60,000 nt of DNA from Vicugna vicugna (Eukaryota), in the NCBI GenBank assembly GCA_013265495.1, contig MU057560.1:2294909-2354908 (forward strand), read 5' to 3'. Of the stretch, positions 47,841-60,000 are shown piece after piece; position 1 is the first letter of the stretch; each line of letters opens with the position of its first letter. Under the pieces are notes generated by a model. It did not search any database and had not been told where the DNA came from. It saw only the letters and a list, made by a program, of their open reading frames with translations. Made by a program: the position numbers and the translations under genes.

Positions 47841-50777
47841 CTGCTCGAGGCTGGGGGAAGGGCCTTTTCCTGCTGTTCCCCGTGACCCCAGCAGGAGGGT
47901 CCAATGGCCCCACCGGGCAGTGGGGGTGACCTGAGACTTCAGGCTGTGTGACTTTGTGCCAGTCCCTTCTCTCTGGTGCGTGCTTTGTCCACGTGCGAAA
48001 TGGGAGTAAAGGGAAGAGGGTGTGTGAAACGGGCCATTCCCCGAGTGAGTGTGGATGGTGGCCGGTGGTCCTAAGGGAGGGCGGCGGGATGGGTGGGCCG
48101 ATGGGGGCCGTGTTGAGCTGAGCAGGTGGTGCCCGAGTGGGAACTATGGTTTAGCATGTGGAGCCTTCGTGCAGTGAGGAGACATCCCAACCCGTGTAGG
48201 AACCGCAGACCTGAGCTGCCTTCTAGCCAGCCTGCGTGTCTGCCGTGACGCTGCTCCCAGCTTGCTCCCGGGTGCAGGGGGGCTGGGGAGCCGCACCTGT
48301 TTTCAGCTGCACGGACTCCGAACGGTGGCAAATGCTCTGATTAAATCGCATTTTCGGCTCTGCAATCAGGGAACAGGAAGTGATTTTACACAGGACGTTG
48401 CATCAGTTATGATCAGATTGGGGAAATTCTCTGCGATAAGCATTTTCTGCCAACCTGTGCATCTCGCTTTGAGGACAGTCAGCGGCAGAGGGGATGGAGC
48501 CAGCCCCAGGCCGGTCTCCAGCCTCCCTCGTCCCCAGGGGCCGCGCGTGCCCCTCTCTGAGTGCTGGCCCCGGGCTCTCCGCACAGTCTCAGCCTGTGGC
48601 TGCTGGAGGGGACTGACAAAGGCTGGTCGTTTGGCTGCATGCAGGCAACTCACACCGATTTAAAAAGCTGAATTCTGTCATTCTCATTGTGCTTTGCTTT
48701 GCTTTCTAAAACATATCCTGGTCAGATGGTTTGTGCGTGAAGACAAGGCCCTCGGGGATGGGAGGTGGCAGATGACCAGATGCAGGTGGTGCCAGGACCC
48801 CAAGCCACTGGGAGGGAAGAGCCTTCCGGGCGCACCGGAGTCCCGGGCCTGCATCCTGGTTTCTCCATGACGCCGGGTCCCAGGGTTGTCGTGCGGGTGG
48901 AGACAAGTGCTGGGGGCTTGACCCGTTTGTCAGTAGGCTCTGCAAGGATCCGGCGACAGGCTCAAGGCATCACGTTTGGCGTGATGCTGTCTTCAATCCC
49001 CGCTCTGCACTATTTCTTGCAACTGAACAAACCTTAGAACCGTAACACCTGGCTTTCCCGCGGGGACCATTCAGCGAGGAAACTTTGCGATGCAAACTTT
49101 AATTTTTTCTTGGATTCTCCGCAATGGAAAAAAAACACCACGTGGTCCAGGTGTCTGTCAATAATAGAGCTGGTTGTTGAAATAAAATGAAAGGTGGGTA
49201 CATTTACAGCTTCCGCACTGGATTCCAAAGCCAGAAAAAGGCAATTCTCTGCCTGCCTCTCGGGCCTGGGGCTGCCCTTCCTCAGGTGCACACGTCAAGA
49301 TCTGTCGTCCCTGCTGCAGGGCACATGGCCCCCGCCACAGCATCTTTGGGATCTTTTTATCTGTTTATGCTGTGAATGTGCTTTCATAATTTCTACTTTA
49401 CCAGAATTTTAATTTGCAAAAATTATCTATACCATTGCTGGCCTAAACCACGCCATGGACACAAGCATGGTGGAAGCGCCACGTGAGGTGCTTCCCTGTT
49501 CCTGTCTCACACATGTGTCTATTCATGAAGACCTCCAGCGTCCCTCGCTCCTCAGGAGAGCAGGACGAAGGAGGACAAAGGAGACTTTCTAGAATCTGGG
49601 ATTAGGGCGTCTTGGAAAAGGGGCAGGTCTTTTGACAACTCCTTCAACAAAAATAGAAAGTGAAATCAGTTGATTTCCTTCCCCTGTGCTCATCCAAGAA
49701 ATGCATCACCTCCAAATGTTATCCATGAAGTCATCCAATATTTTGAGTCTTTGCATGAAGAGCAGAAGGGGGTTGCGGGCCTCAGTGGCTCGTCTGGTGC
49801 ATGTCTCTGCCGTAGGAACCCGTTATTGCCTCTGTCTTGAAGTCGACTGGTGCTGAGGGGCAGAGCTAAAGATGCAGCCACACCTCTCCACCCTCGTGCA
49901 TGTGCTCCGTCCCGCCGCACCGCCGCTGAAACACAGGCTTGTGGTGTTGAGAGCCCGCGGTAGGCACAGGAGCTCTCAGAGGGCCAGTGGGGGCCCTGGC
50001 CAGCCCCCAGCTCACCTCTTAGACCAAGACGCTGACCACAGCGAATGGCACTCAAATGTCCTTCCCTCTGACAATATCCAAAAAGATTATAATGGCTTGT
50101 GCCTAAATGGGCACCTGCCCCTGTGTTGCTTGTGGCTTTCCAGAAGGTGACGTGGAAGCAGTTTGGTGCCCAAGCGGCCAGGGAGCAAGGCTGGCATTTG
50201 TGCCTTGACTAAGGCGGGTTGGAGAGTTCGGTGCTGGGAGGCCAGACAGACCCAGAGGCGAGAGGCTCTGAGGACCTGGGGCAGGGCAGCCTTGAAATCG
50301 GGGCCCCGGTGGTCAGCAGGGAGGAGGAGGGTGACAGGCAGGGGCCACAGGTGGTCTCCATGTCTGCATCTGACAGGCACGCCAGGCAGCGGCTCTGGCT
50401 CAGGGCGAGGCAGCGCCCCAGCCTCCTGATCTGCTCCCTCTGGAAGGGCCACCCTCCTGTCTGTGCCTCAGTTTCTCCCACTGTCAGAGGGAGATGCGAG
50501 CAGCTGTTTGGAGGGTGGGTGTGCGGGTGAAGATGAGATAACACAGGTGAGGCGTCCCCGGGATTCCTGGGGAAAGCAGGCATTGAAAAGGTGGAAGTTA
50601 GTTTGTGCAATGTCTTCTATTAATAAGAATGCGTTAATTTTATAGTTTAGATGTTCCCAGAGTGTCTGGGAAGTTGGGAGCTCGTCCCCCACGGAAGGAG
50701 TGTCCTAATTACTTGGATGAGTTATTGATGCGCCGATGAGGGACTTTAAGTCACGTTTCTGTGCTTCCTGAGAGCCC

Positions 50778-51190
50778 TGCGGGAGCTGAGCTCCCCCCAA
50801 AAGACGTGTTGAGGCTCTAACCCTCGGCACTAAAGGATGTGAATGGATGTGGGAGTAGGTGTGCCGGGCACGCAGGTGGCTGGGAGGCGAGGCTGGAGCA
50901 GGCCGGGCCCCAGGCCGACAGCCCTGGTGTCCTCGGAAGTGAGGGAAGTTGGGGCAGACACGCACAGGGGGAAGGGCACGTGGAGACGCAGGGAGAGGCC
51001 GTGTGAGGACAGAGGCAGAGACCAAGGTGACGCCTCCCAGACCCAGGGGCGCCCCCAGGCTGGCCAGTCCCCGCCAGATGCCGGGGGGCACCTCCGGAGC
51101 CGTGACAGAGCACCAGCCCTGCCGACACCTTCATTTCAGGCTCTGGCCGCTGGAGCTGTGTGGGTGGCCTCAGCTCCGGGGACACAGGGG
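50778..51190 (+). mobile_element. MaLR solo LTR, MLT1B/C-like
   Basis: ccccccaaaagacgtgttgagg.tctaaccctc, ctggtgtcct, gtgaggacagaggcagaga, gccctgccgacaccttcatttcagg. Confidence 0.75.
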
Positions 51191-52619
51191 GTCCCTGTGC
51201 CTGTGGTTCTGAGGTGTCCCCTCCGCCTCGTGGGACGTCGGCGGCTGCTGACCCAGTGCCCGTCCAGTGCCTCCTCTTCCCCTGAGTCAGCTCGGGCGGC
51301 ACGGGGAGATCGCGGGGGCTGTGCCTCGTGCTTTCTGGAGGCAGCGGAAGGAGTTAGGGTGAGGGTGGCCCAGGCCCTCTCCGGAAGCAAGGATTCAAGG
51401 CGTGCAGACGCATTTCACGCACACACACACGTGCACACTAACGTGTGAATCAAAGCCCTGCTTGCTTTGCTCCTGAGCAAGGTCTGATGAATCTTCCAAG
51501 TGAAGTTTGGATGGCAGCTGTGCTCCCAGTGAACCACTCTCCGTGCCCATTCAGTGAACGAGCCGCCCACTGGTCCGCCGCAGCTCAGCTCACACTGGTC
51601 CCCTGCGATGTCCTCCGCAGGCGGGGGCCGACACCTGCGCACCGCAGCCCCACGCTCGTCTGCCGGCCGGGCCCGGCTTGGGTTCCACCCACGGGAACAG
51701 GGACGGGGGTTACTCACCCGCTGCGAGTGTCGGGGGGGCGGGGGCAGCCCGGCGCTTATGGGCACGGCCCCCCGGGGACAGGCTCCTGGTCGCTGGGTAG
51801 CCGCCCTTGCTCCTTCAGCTCTTCCAGAACGTTTGTGAACACCCCCTCTGTGAAACCCCTCCTGGCGAAGTGTCTGGAGTAGCCTCTGCGGGTTTCTAAA
51901 CGAACAGAAGCTGTGTAACCAACTCCTTCTGTTCCCCGTGAGGCTGTGACCCCGGGGCTCCCGAGGCTCTGCGGGAAAACGGCTCCGTCGTGTCCGGCTC
52001 CGCGACTCCGGGGACACGCCTGAGCTTCCTCCTTGTGGACGAGGTTGCAGACGTACAAAGTGGGGGGGGGGTGCGTGCTCGCACGTGTGTGCCGGCTTTT
52101 AGGTGTTGTTAGGAAGATAAATAAAACTACGACCACCACGCTCACATACAGAGACGGTCAGAGTGTCTCAGCACCTCCCAGTCTCCTCTTTCCTTCCTCT
52201 GAATCACACGTTTTCCCGGCACGTCCCGTCTGCAGCAGGCACAGGACGTCAGTTGTGGGAGCCTTTAGCCACAGTATCATCACGCGTTAAGCAAGGCTTC
52301 TTGGTTTTGGTTTATCTTCGGGTTTTCTCACTGACCGTTCGGCAGATCAGGCAGGCTGGGTCTTGGCCCGCTGGTTACCGTAGAGCCCATCTGAAGCACG
52401 CCCTGTGCGGGGAATGCTAGGGCCACCAGGAAGGGGCATTTCTAAGCTTGGAATCACCGAGCATCGCACAGCACACAGCAGACACCCAGCCAGTGAGTCT
52501 GAATTGTTACTGACAATGCGCAGGTACACACAAAGGCAAGATGGACAGCGTGGTTCCGAAGGGAAAGGGCATGGAGCAAACAGGCACCAGGGACCATCAT
52601 CACAGTGCCGTAGACGCCT

Positions 52620-52800
52620 GCAGCCCTTTACAGTTTACAGAGTGATTTTTCCCATTTTCCCATTTCGTCCCCATGACAAGACTCTGAGGCAGGTGAGAAA
52701 AGGAACCTCAAGGTCTTTATTTGTATTTTCCAATGAGAAGAGTGAAACCCAGACTGACTGGATTATTTTACTGTGGTCACGCAAGTAGTGGCAGTGACAG
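52620..52800 (-). mobile_element. MIR relic
   Basis: tttacagtttacagagtgattttt...ccccatgacaagactctgaggcagg...attttccaatgagaagagtgaaacccaga. Confidence 0.6.
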
Positions 52801-53199
52801 TGGTCGCACGGCCAGTGACAGGAAAGGCAGCCGGTCCTGAGAGCTGGCCGTGTGCCCGGCACTCCCAGGTGCTCTCTGCACTGTGTCCTGTAATCATCAA
52901 ACCAGCCCTGTGGGGCCTGTTAGACAAGCCTGCCAGTTACAGGGGAGGAGGCTACTCAGGAGTGTGTCTCAAGGAGACACAGGAACGGGTGGAGTGGCTC
53001 CGGCAGCCCGAGGACCAAGTCTGGGTTTGTGACCGGGGGTGATGCTGTGGCTGCACGGCCGCCGGCCTGCTCTCCGTGCTGGTCCACCAGGGCAGGCCTG
53101 CTCCCAGTGCAAGCTGCGTCTCCGCTGGTCCTCGTGCTTCAAAGCTCAGTTCCACGCCCCAGGCAAGCCGAAGGGTGATGTGTCATGAGAAGCTTCTCC

Positions 53200-54480
53200 A
53201 CCGGTGCAAACTCTGTACAAACAATTCCAACCAGCAACGACCGATGAGGAAATAAGGTAGAAAGTGAAATTTCATCCACAACAGCCATCATAGCTACAAA
53301 CAGTCAAAGAATTAACCTAAGTATTAACCTAAATATTAAATATTAACCTAAATATTAACAAAATATTAACCCAAATACCTGAGGCCCTTATGAAAATAAT
53401 ATTTAAAAATCTATTAAAGGACATGACATCAGGTATGAAAAAAGGCAAGATCTATACCATATTCATGGATGAGGCAAATTGCATTGTGAAGTCTGCTCCC
53501 CACCCCAATAAATCTAGCTGTGTAATGTTCTTCCAGTAAAAATTCTAGCATGATTATTTAAAAAATCAAGCCATTTTAAATTTATGGAACAGCGAATGTC
53601 CAGAATCAACAAGAAATCTTTGAAAAAGGAGAAAGAACAAAGTGGTGGAATTAGTCTACCAGATAGATACTAAGATACACTTGAAAGCGGCAGTGAGGAA
53701 AGTTCTGCACTCGGAGGAAGGACCGGCCTGTAGACAGAAGAGGTAGAGCACAGATTTCAGACACGTGTTTAGAGATTTGGGAGCCGGCGTGTGATGGTGG
53801 AGACTCCACACAGCAGTGCGGGAAGGATGAATGATTCGGTAACCGGGGTGGGGGTAACACAGTCTACGGAGGAAAGATCGTTGGGTCGCTGCCTCGGACC
53901 AAACGAAGGTCGTGCTGGGAGGACTGAAGACCCATGTGTGAAGGACATGTGGGTGCGTCTTTACAATCCTGGGTGGGGGAAGGACCCATAAACAGTGTTT
54001 CACAGGCACAACCCATGAGGAAAAGGAATGGATCTGATGACTCAAAATGCTGTTTCTGTCCAAAGAAGGTACAGGGTGGGGAGGAGACAAGTGATGCACT
54101 AGGAAGCATTGCCAGCATCTAAAGCCGACCCGGGGCTCCCGGCTTCTCAGCGTAGGCTGCTTCTTAAACGAAGAAGGAAAGAGCGAGGAGACTCAGGAAA
54201 CATGCGCCACGAAAATGAGCAGACAGTTCAGAAGAGGAGGGACTGAGCACTTGGAAGACCATGAGGAGACGCCCGCAGAATCAGAGAAACACACATTAAA
54301 CGGTATCTCTCCTCCACTTCACACCCACTGGACTTTCAAAATCAAAAGCCTGGGAAGTCCAGCTGCTGGTAGAGGATGGACAGAAATGAAGTCACATGCA
54401 CGGGGGTGGGGTGCGAGTGGGCCTGGTTGTCTGTCTTGACAGCAGCCTGGAGGCACCTGGCGACACGTGACTAGCCTCCA
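53200..54480 (+). mobile_element. L1ME-like ORF2/3' remnant
   Basis: taccatattcatggat, ttttaaaatttatgga, ctttgaaaaaggaga, aaaatgagcagacagttcaga, gctggtagaggatgga. Confidence 0.7.
53311..53376 (+). repeat. Short tandem repeat of ~12-bp unit attaacctaaat (~6 imperfect copies)
   Basis: attaacctaagt attaacctaaat attaaat attaacctaaat attaacaaaat attaacccaaat. Confidence 0.85.
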
Positions 54481-55630
54481 GCGCAGCAGGAACAGAATTT
54501 GCCATGGTGAGGGGATGCCGGCGCCGCAGGGTGTGTAAGCTAGAAGGGTGGGGGGTGAATGCCACGGGGGACACAGGGAGGTGCCGAGCGTCAGCCGTGG
54601 ACCAGCCCCGTCTGCGCTGCCTGGCGGACATGTGACACTGCTGAGTGACGTTTGTGAGAAGCAGAGCGAGGGCCTCCCTCTACACCAGGAGGTCAACCAA
54701 CATTCTACCATATACTCGTTATGCACAAGACTCATTCAAAGATGGAAACCAGGCACACGGGGTGCTTCCTGGGGGTGCTCTGGGCCAGGGCAGGGGTGGA
54801 GTGGAGAATTGGATGGTGAACACAGGAGAGGAGCTGGAAAAATACAGAAATGAAATAAAAGACAGGGTGTTGGGCATAGTTCTGTGGTGATGGATCTGTG
54901 CATGGGATAGCAGAATTCCTGCAAAGTACTTGGAACGGTGAGAGCCATGTAGGGGGAGATGGAGAGGTAGGCTGAGTACGGATTTGTGACCTAGACGGGG
55001 AGTCCCGCTCCCCATGGCTGACGGGCCAGCTATGTCGGCTTGGCCCACACTGGGTTGGAGTCCAGGTCTGCTAGTCTCAGAAATCCATCGTTTCCCCATG
55101 AAACTGGATGTATTCGATCACACTGCAAGATCAAGTGGAAGGGCTTAGCCATGAGTGGTCAGGCAAAGCGCCATCCCTGGGTGGTGGCGGGAGGCAGGAG
55201 CGTGGCACCGACCCTGCGCAGGGTTCTAACGGGGCTCCAGGGGTTCCACGTTGGCGGCTGTGCTGGGTGCGAGGAGCCCGTGAGCTGGAGGACAGAAGCA
55301 GAGTGAGGACGGGTGGCCAGACACCTAATCTGATGTCCGGCGGCCAGGGTGCCTGGGTGGTGTCCAGCAGCGGAGTCTGGTGGCCTGGTGGGGGTGAATT
55401 CCCAAGGGAAGGGGCAGTGGAGGGGGGACCAGGCGGGCCGGCAGTGGCGGAGGCGGGCGGGGGCTGAGGGGCACCCACTGTGCAGGCAGCACCTAGACGT
55501 CCAGGCATCAGCGCAGCGCAGGGCTGAGGAGGCAGGAGACCGGCATTTCGTTCGCCTTCCTTTCCTTCCCTAATTGGAGGCTCCTGTTTCATAATCAAAC
55601 GCGGTCCTGGGAGTGCAAGTGTGATCTAAA

Positions 55631-56160
55631 CGTTGTCGGTGTTGCAGAAAGAACTCAGAGACGAGACGCGGAGGCGAAGAAAGCAAGGCAAGGACTTGTT
55701 AAGGGGTAGATGGCACGCTCTCGGGGAAGAGAGGGCCGGCCCAGGTGGGCGGCTGCCCCGAGTTTCTTTGGCACGCTGGTTACATGGGTGTGAAAATGAA
55801 CGGGCAGAATGCTCATCGGTGGAGGGGGTTTGGGGTCGTCTTTCTTGGTCTTCACCCCAGCTCCACCTTCCTGGGGGAGGAAGGGGTTTTTGTCCTTACT
55901 CAGTCTTGATCGGAAGTCTGATGTCGTAACGAGTGACAGTTACATTTGGACGGTGGAGATTCCTGTCTTGTCCCACCTGTCTTTCTTAGCCTCCAGGACA
56001 CTTGTCAACCCAGAATGCCTGGTTTCTTTTCACTCCGGAGGTTCCTGCTTTCCTTGGAGTGTCAGAGGGCCCGCCTGCCCCGCGTTGTTCACAAGACGTA
56101 CGGTTTTCTGCCGTTTGGCCTGGGTTCCCCTTTCTCCGCTCTTACCCGCCTGCTCTGACA
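55631..56160 (-). mobile_element. ERV-like solo LTR (family C)
   Basis: Termini CGttgtcgg...tctgaCA flanked by perfect 4-bp TSD taaa (55627-30, 56161-64). gcagaaagaactcagagacgagac resembles a reversed U5. Confidence 0.7.
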
Positions 56161-57699
56161 TAAAGATGTGGAAAAACGGTGGTGTGCACACAACACACCT
56201 CACAGTGTTGAACTGGACCTGCAAAGTCATACCTGTCTTTGTTTTTTTCCCAAAACAGTGTAAAATCAGTGATCACTAATGAACCTTCCCAAAACCACGT
56301 ACCCTACAGTTAGCCAGGGAGCGGCCGTGGGCGGAGCAGGGCGAGGCTGGGACACTGGGGTACTCTGAACTCTGCTCAACCACCGCAAGGTCCGGCTGGA
56401 GGGTGCAGGGTCAGACACAGACCTCACCTCGGCTCTCAGCCAGATCGGGGCTGCCTTGCTCCTCACCCAGGTCCTTCCCAGCAGCAGGTGGTGAGTCCCT
56501 GGCTCTGACGTGTCACTATGCGGACAGCACCTGCATTTAGCGAGAGCCACAAACAGCCCGTGCTCGGGGAGGACCTCGTGGGAAGAAGTGAGTCATGTGG
56601 GATCCCCTCAGTGCACGTGGAGAAGTAAGCCTTCCACCCCCGCGGTAAGAATTACTGACGCAGCACGTTATGGGCAGCAGCGCGGCTCCTCTGGTGTGGC
56701 GTCCCGTCCGTGCGCTCGCGCGAGAAGTGCTGTCAGCCCTGTAATCCTGTAGTAACTGTGGAGGAGTTAAAATGGGCAGAATGGCTGCATTTCCCCATGA
56801 TGAACAGAAGCACGTCGCTGCGCCCAGAGCAGAGGGCTCACTTTGACAGCCCGCGTTCTTGGACGGGGGCCTTGGAAGGCCGGGCTTCCCGCCGCAGGTG
56901 ACGCGGGCGCTCCTGGCCAGCCCTGCCGGGATGAGCGGGGCGGGCGGCACGACACATGCATTTCTGGGGCAGGGACTGCGCGTGAAACTCAGGAACAAAG
57001 TGGCCCTGGCAGCCTCTGACCTCACCGCCCCCACATCTGGATATTTGTGCCCAAAAGAGAATGAGTGATTTTATCCCAAAACATGTTGTCACTTGGTGTT
57101 AAAAAAAAAAAGTAAGATGGAATCAGGCCCGACAGGTGAGCCGAGGATGGAGGGAGAGCTTCGGGTTCTTCCTGGAAACCAGCCTTGCCCGGCGGAGGCG
57201 GAAGCAGCGACTGTGAGAACAGCTTGCCAGAGGAGACGCGCACTTCTGGCCGGAGGTGCTGGAAGCATCCGCTGCTCCTGGCCATGAACCCAGTGAGGAA
57301 GAGTCCCACCCGCCCCGCGCAGGCTGCCGGCCAGCCCGCACCGCTGGTCCCCTGGCCTGCGTCCCGCACAGATTCTAATGGCGGCTTGTGTGCCACACGG
57401 GTCCATAAATCTTTGCTGACTTGGGGGAAATCAGAGTGGGCCTGACTGGGAGGTGCAGATGGAGGGCTGGGATGCTGAGGTCCAGATGGCAACAGTGCTG
57501 CTTCCAGATACGTGGGGGATCTGCAGTGAGTACGCCGGAGTGATGGTTCCAGAAAGGCAGAGACATCTGCTCTCGGGGTATCAGCCAGGGCAGAGAGCTG
57601 ACCATCCGGGCCCAGGGCTGGGGAGGTCAGGGGCCGAGGGGCCCCGGCTGCTCAGTGTGGGCACACATGTGACCAGCTGTGCCTCACCCACCCTGGGGC

Positions 57700-58207
57700 T
57701 GTGGGGCTGCGAGCCATGAGACTGCCAGCCAACCCTTGGCGCTGGCTGCTTGCCTCTGCAAGGACTGGACCACGCTGGCACTTGCCGTCCACCTCTGCTT
57801 GGATTAAATCACTGCCACTGTGGCCGCTGACCTCCAACCCCCCTGAGACGGGTTCAGGGTGGAAATCAGAAACGAGGCGCTCTGTGCTCTGGGAAAACTG
57901 GCTTCAGATAGTTAGATATTTTCAGGAGAAGAGTTTATGAGCCCAGTTCTCACGTCTCCTCATTTCTAGAAAAGCACCGACATCACTAACGGTGACACCT
58001 GCTCCCCGCGACCAGCAGCAGCCTCTGCCTGCACGTGTGCCTGACCGCACGCCCCGCGTCACCGAAGTCGTGTGCAACACTGAGCCCCCCGCCTCTCGGA
58101 GCAGCCCCTCAGAGCTCTGGGAGGCCGTCTCCCGGGCTCTAGTCCTCATTTTGCCCCAAATAAAACTCAGCCCACACCTCTCACTGTGCGATTTTATTTC
58201 AGTGATA
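57700..58207 (+). mobile_element. ERV1-like solo LTR (family B-related)
   Basis: ttcagggtgga, gatagttagatat, gaaaagcac, gtctcccgggctctagtcctcattttgccccaAATAAAact...ttcagtgata. Reverse-complement similarity to the 59461 and 23875 copies. Confidence 0.78.
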
Positions 58208-59460
58208 AGACGAAGTGGTTAAAGCCAGCGCCACGCGGAGATGGAGCAGAGGCCGGGCCTCCCGGGGGACTGTGTGGTCTGGGGGCATCGTCCTTGGGAC
58301 CAACGGCCCCGTCAAACTCCCGGGGGCCTCGGAGGCTCTCTGAGCACGGCCCTGCTGCTAGGGTGCCCTGGCCCCCCTCCCTGACCCTTCTGTACCGGGA
58401 GTCCCCGCAGCTCGGGGTCGGTGCCCTTGCTGCTTGTTCTAACTCTTCTCGACAGTGCCTCACGTCTCCACAAAGGCACAACTTTACCTCCCACCCCAAG
58501 GGCCTGTGAGATGAATTTGGTTGGTGGGGACCCTCTGGGCTCATTTCCTCGTGCCTGGAGCGCCTGGCGTTGTGCCAGGGCGCCCCGTGGCCAGCACCCC
58601 AGGTTACGGGCGCTCCGTCAGCTTCCAGCAAACTGTTGACTTGTCCCCACCCCCAAAGGTGGCCCAATTAACTCTGAAAACCTGGGTGAGGGCCATTTTA
58701 ACTGCCACTTGTGCAAATATATTCAAATGATCATTCAAACGATTTAACACGAGCAGGGTCAGACTTCCCAGCGTCAGCTGTGTTTTTAATGTGCTGTCTG
58801 AGCGATTTCATTAGGTTGCAGTGTCAAAGAGGAGTGTATTCGATGCATAACTTATACAAATGTATGCAAATACCCTGCCTGCGGGGCCGGCAAAGACCAG
58901 AAGGAAATTCCTGGGAGAGCCCCTGAACCCAGCGCTGCCAGTGGCCCGGCTGTTATCATCGCAGGGAGGACGAGCTTGATTGCCGTGAGGCGGGAGGGGC
59001 GAGGTGGCAGCGGACGGCCCTCCAGGTCCGGGGAGGGGGTCTCCAGTGGGTGGGGGTGAGCCAAGGCTTCAATTGCCGGCCCCTGGGCTGGCTTGCAGCA
59101 GTCCTGGTGCCTGGAATGCTAATCAGCTCTCAACTTTTGAATTCCTTTTGGTAGGAAAAGAAACAAATAACACAAAGAAGCCAATGCCATACCCATCGTG
59201 GAGCGAGGCCTTTCATCTCCTTCTGGGGGTGGGGGAGGGGAAGCGGCTGCGGGCGGCCCTGCGTCTCTGGGGTGCCCCGTGGGGCCACCCGTGCCTCTGG
59301 GACTGTGCGCCCACAGAGATGACGGTGGTTGGAGCACACTCCCCCGTTTGGAAAGCTACAGCTTTTTATTTTTGACTTTTAAGGTCATAATAGCCATTTT
59401 GCAAAGTATGTTCAGTCAGGATTCGAGTTTGGGGAAGCCCCCTTGCAGGACAGAAGAGCC

Positions 59461-59892
59461 TGTTGACTGGAAAAACACACACAGCCTAAAAGCTGAGCAT
59501 TGGTTTTACTGGGCAGACTTTCTGGGGACTTAGGCCCGGGAGACAGGCTCTCGGGTAGCTCCGAGGGACAGCTCTGAAGAGGCAGGGGAGGAGCCAGGAC
59601 ACACAGGCGTTTTTGCCGCAAAGACCAGGTAGTGAGAACAGCAAAAGACGGCTGCTAATTAGAGCCAGAGAGCTCAAGTCAAGGAGCTCAGTGCTTCTCT
59701 AAGGAGGGGAAGACGCGGGAGTCTGGCTCACTGCCGCCACTCCTCTGATCGGCTCCTGAGCTGCCTGGGGCCCGAGTCCCGCGCTTCCCGCCCTGAGGCC
59801 CCTCTGGGGGCACCGTTGGCTGCAGGGCTGATGGCTGGATGGCCACAGTGTCCTCTGTTTACTGACATGGCAGGCGACATCCTTAGTCCACA
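59461..59892 (-). mobile_element. ERV1-like solo LTR (family B, copy 2)
   Basis: Termini TGttgactgg...agtccaCA. Collinear with 23875-24409. Confidence 0.82.
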
Positions 59893-60000
59893 GGACCTTC
59901 AGATGCACTCCCTGAAGACAAGCCGCGGCACGGCGACTTGGAGCAGAGCCCCCGCCTCTGCGGGGGCAGCGGGCACGAGGCGCGCGGGGAGGGACGTCAG

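Noticed and set aside
1..60000. CRISPR arrays, operons or prokaryotic defence systems
   Set aside because: The sequence is clearly mammalian, with no repeat-spacer array and no dense coding.

Overview
Mammalian nuclear DNA, most likely camelid (camel/alpaca lineage). The assignment rests on a vic-1-like tRNA-derived SINE and camelid-type L1 3' ends, recognised from memory without a database search. The window is GC- and CpG-rich, intergenic or intronic, with an AT-rich nested L1 cluster at about 9.3-18.1 kb. I found no credible protein-coding gene, RNA gene or CRISPR array. The many ORFs are either chance products of high GC or decayed L1 ORF1/ORF2 fragments. Supported content: L1s of several ages (some with clear target-site duplications, TSDs), ERVL/MaLR LTRs (MLT2B, MLT1), six ERV1-like solo LTRs from three families, a MER104-like Tc2 MITE, MIR/L2 relics and microsatellites. 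The most unusual signals are (1) a ~200-bp fold-back palindrome inside an L1 with a perfect 56-bp stem, (2) strong AT-to-GC drift in old repeats that turns several LTR TG/CA termini into CG, (3) an internally deleted L1 spanning 5'UTR to 3'UTR in ~3.4 kb, (4) a likely twin-primed (5'-inverted) L1, and (5) several unexplained non-repeat islands rich in transcription-factor motifs. No novel multi-gene system is supported. Repeat subfamily names and the boundaries of old repeats are approximate.
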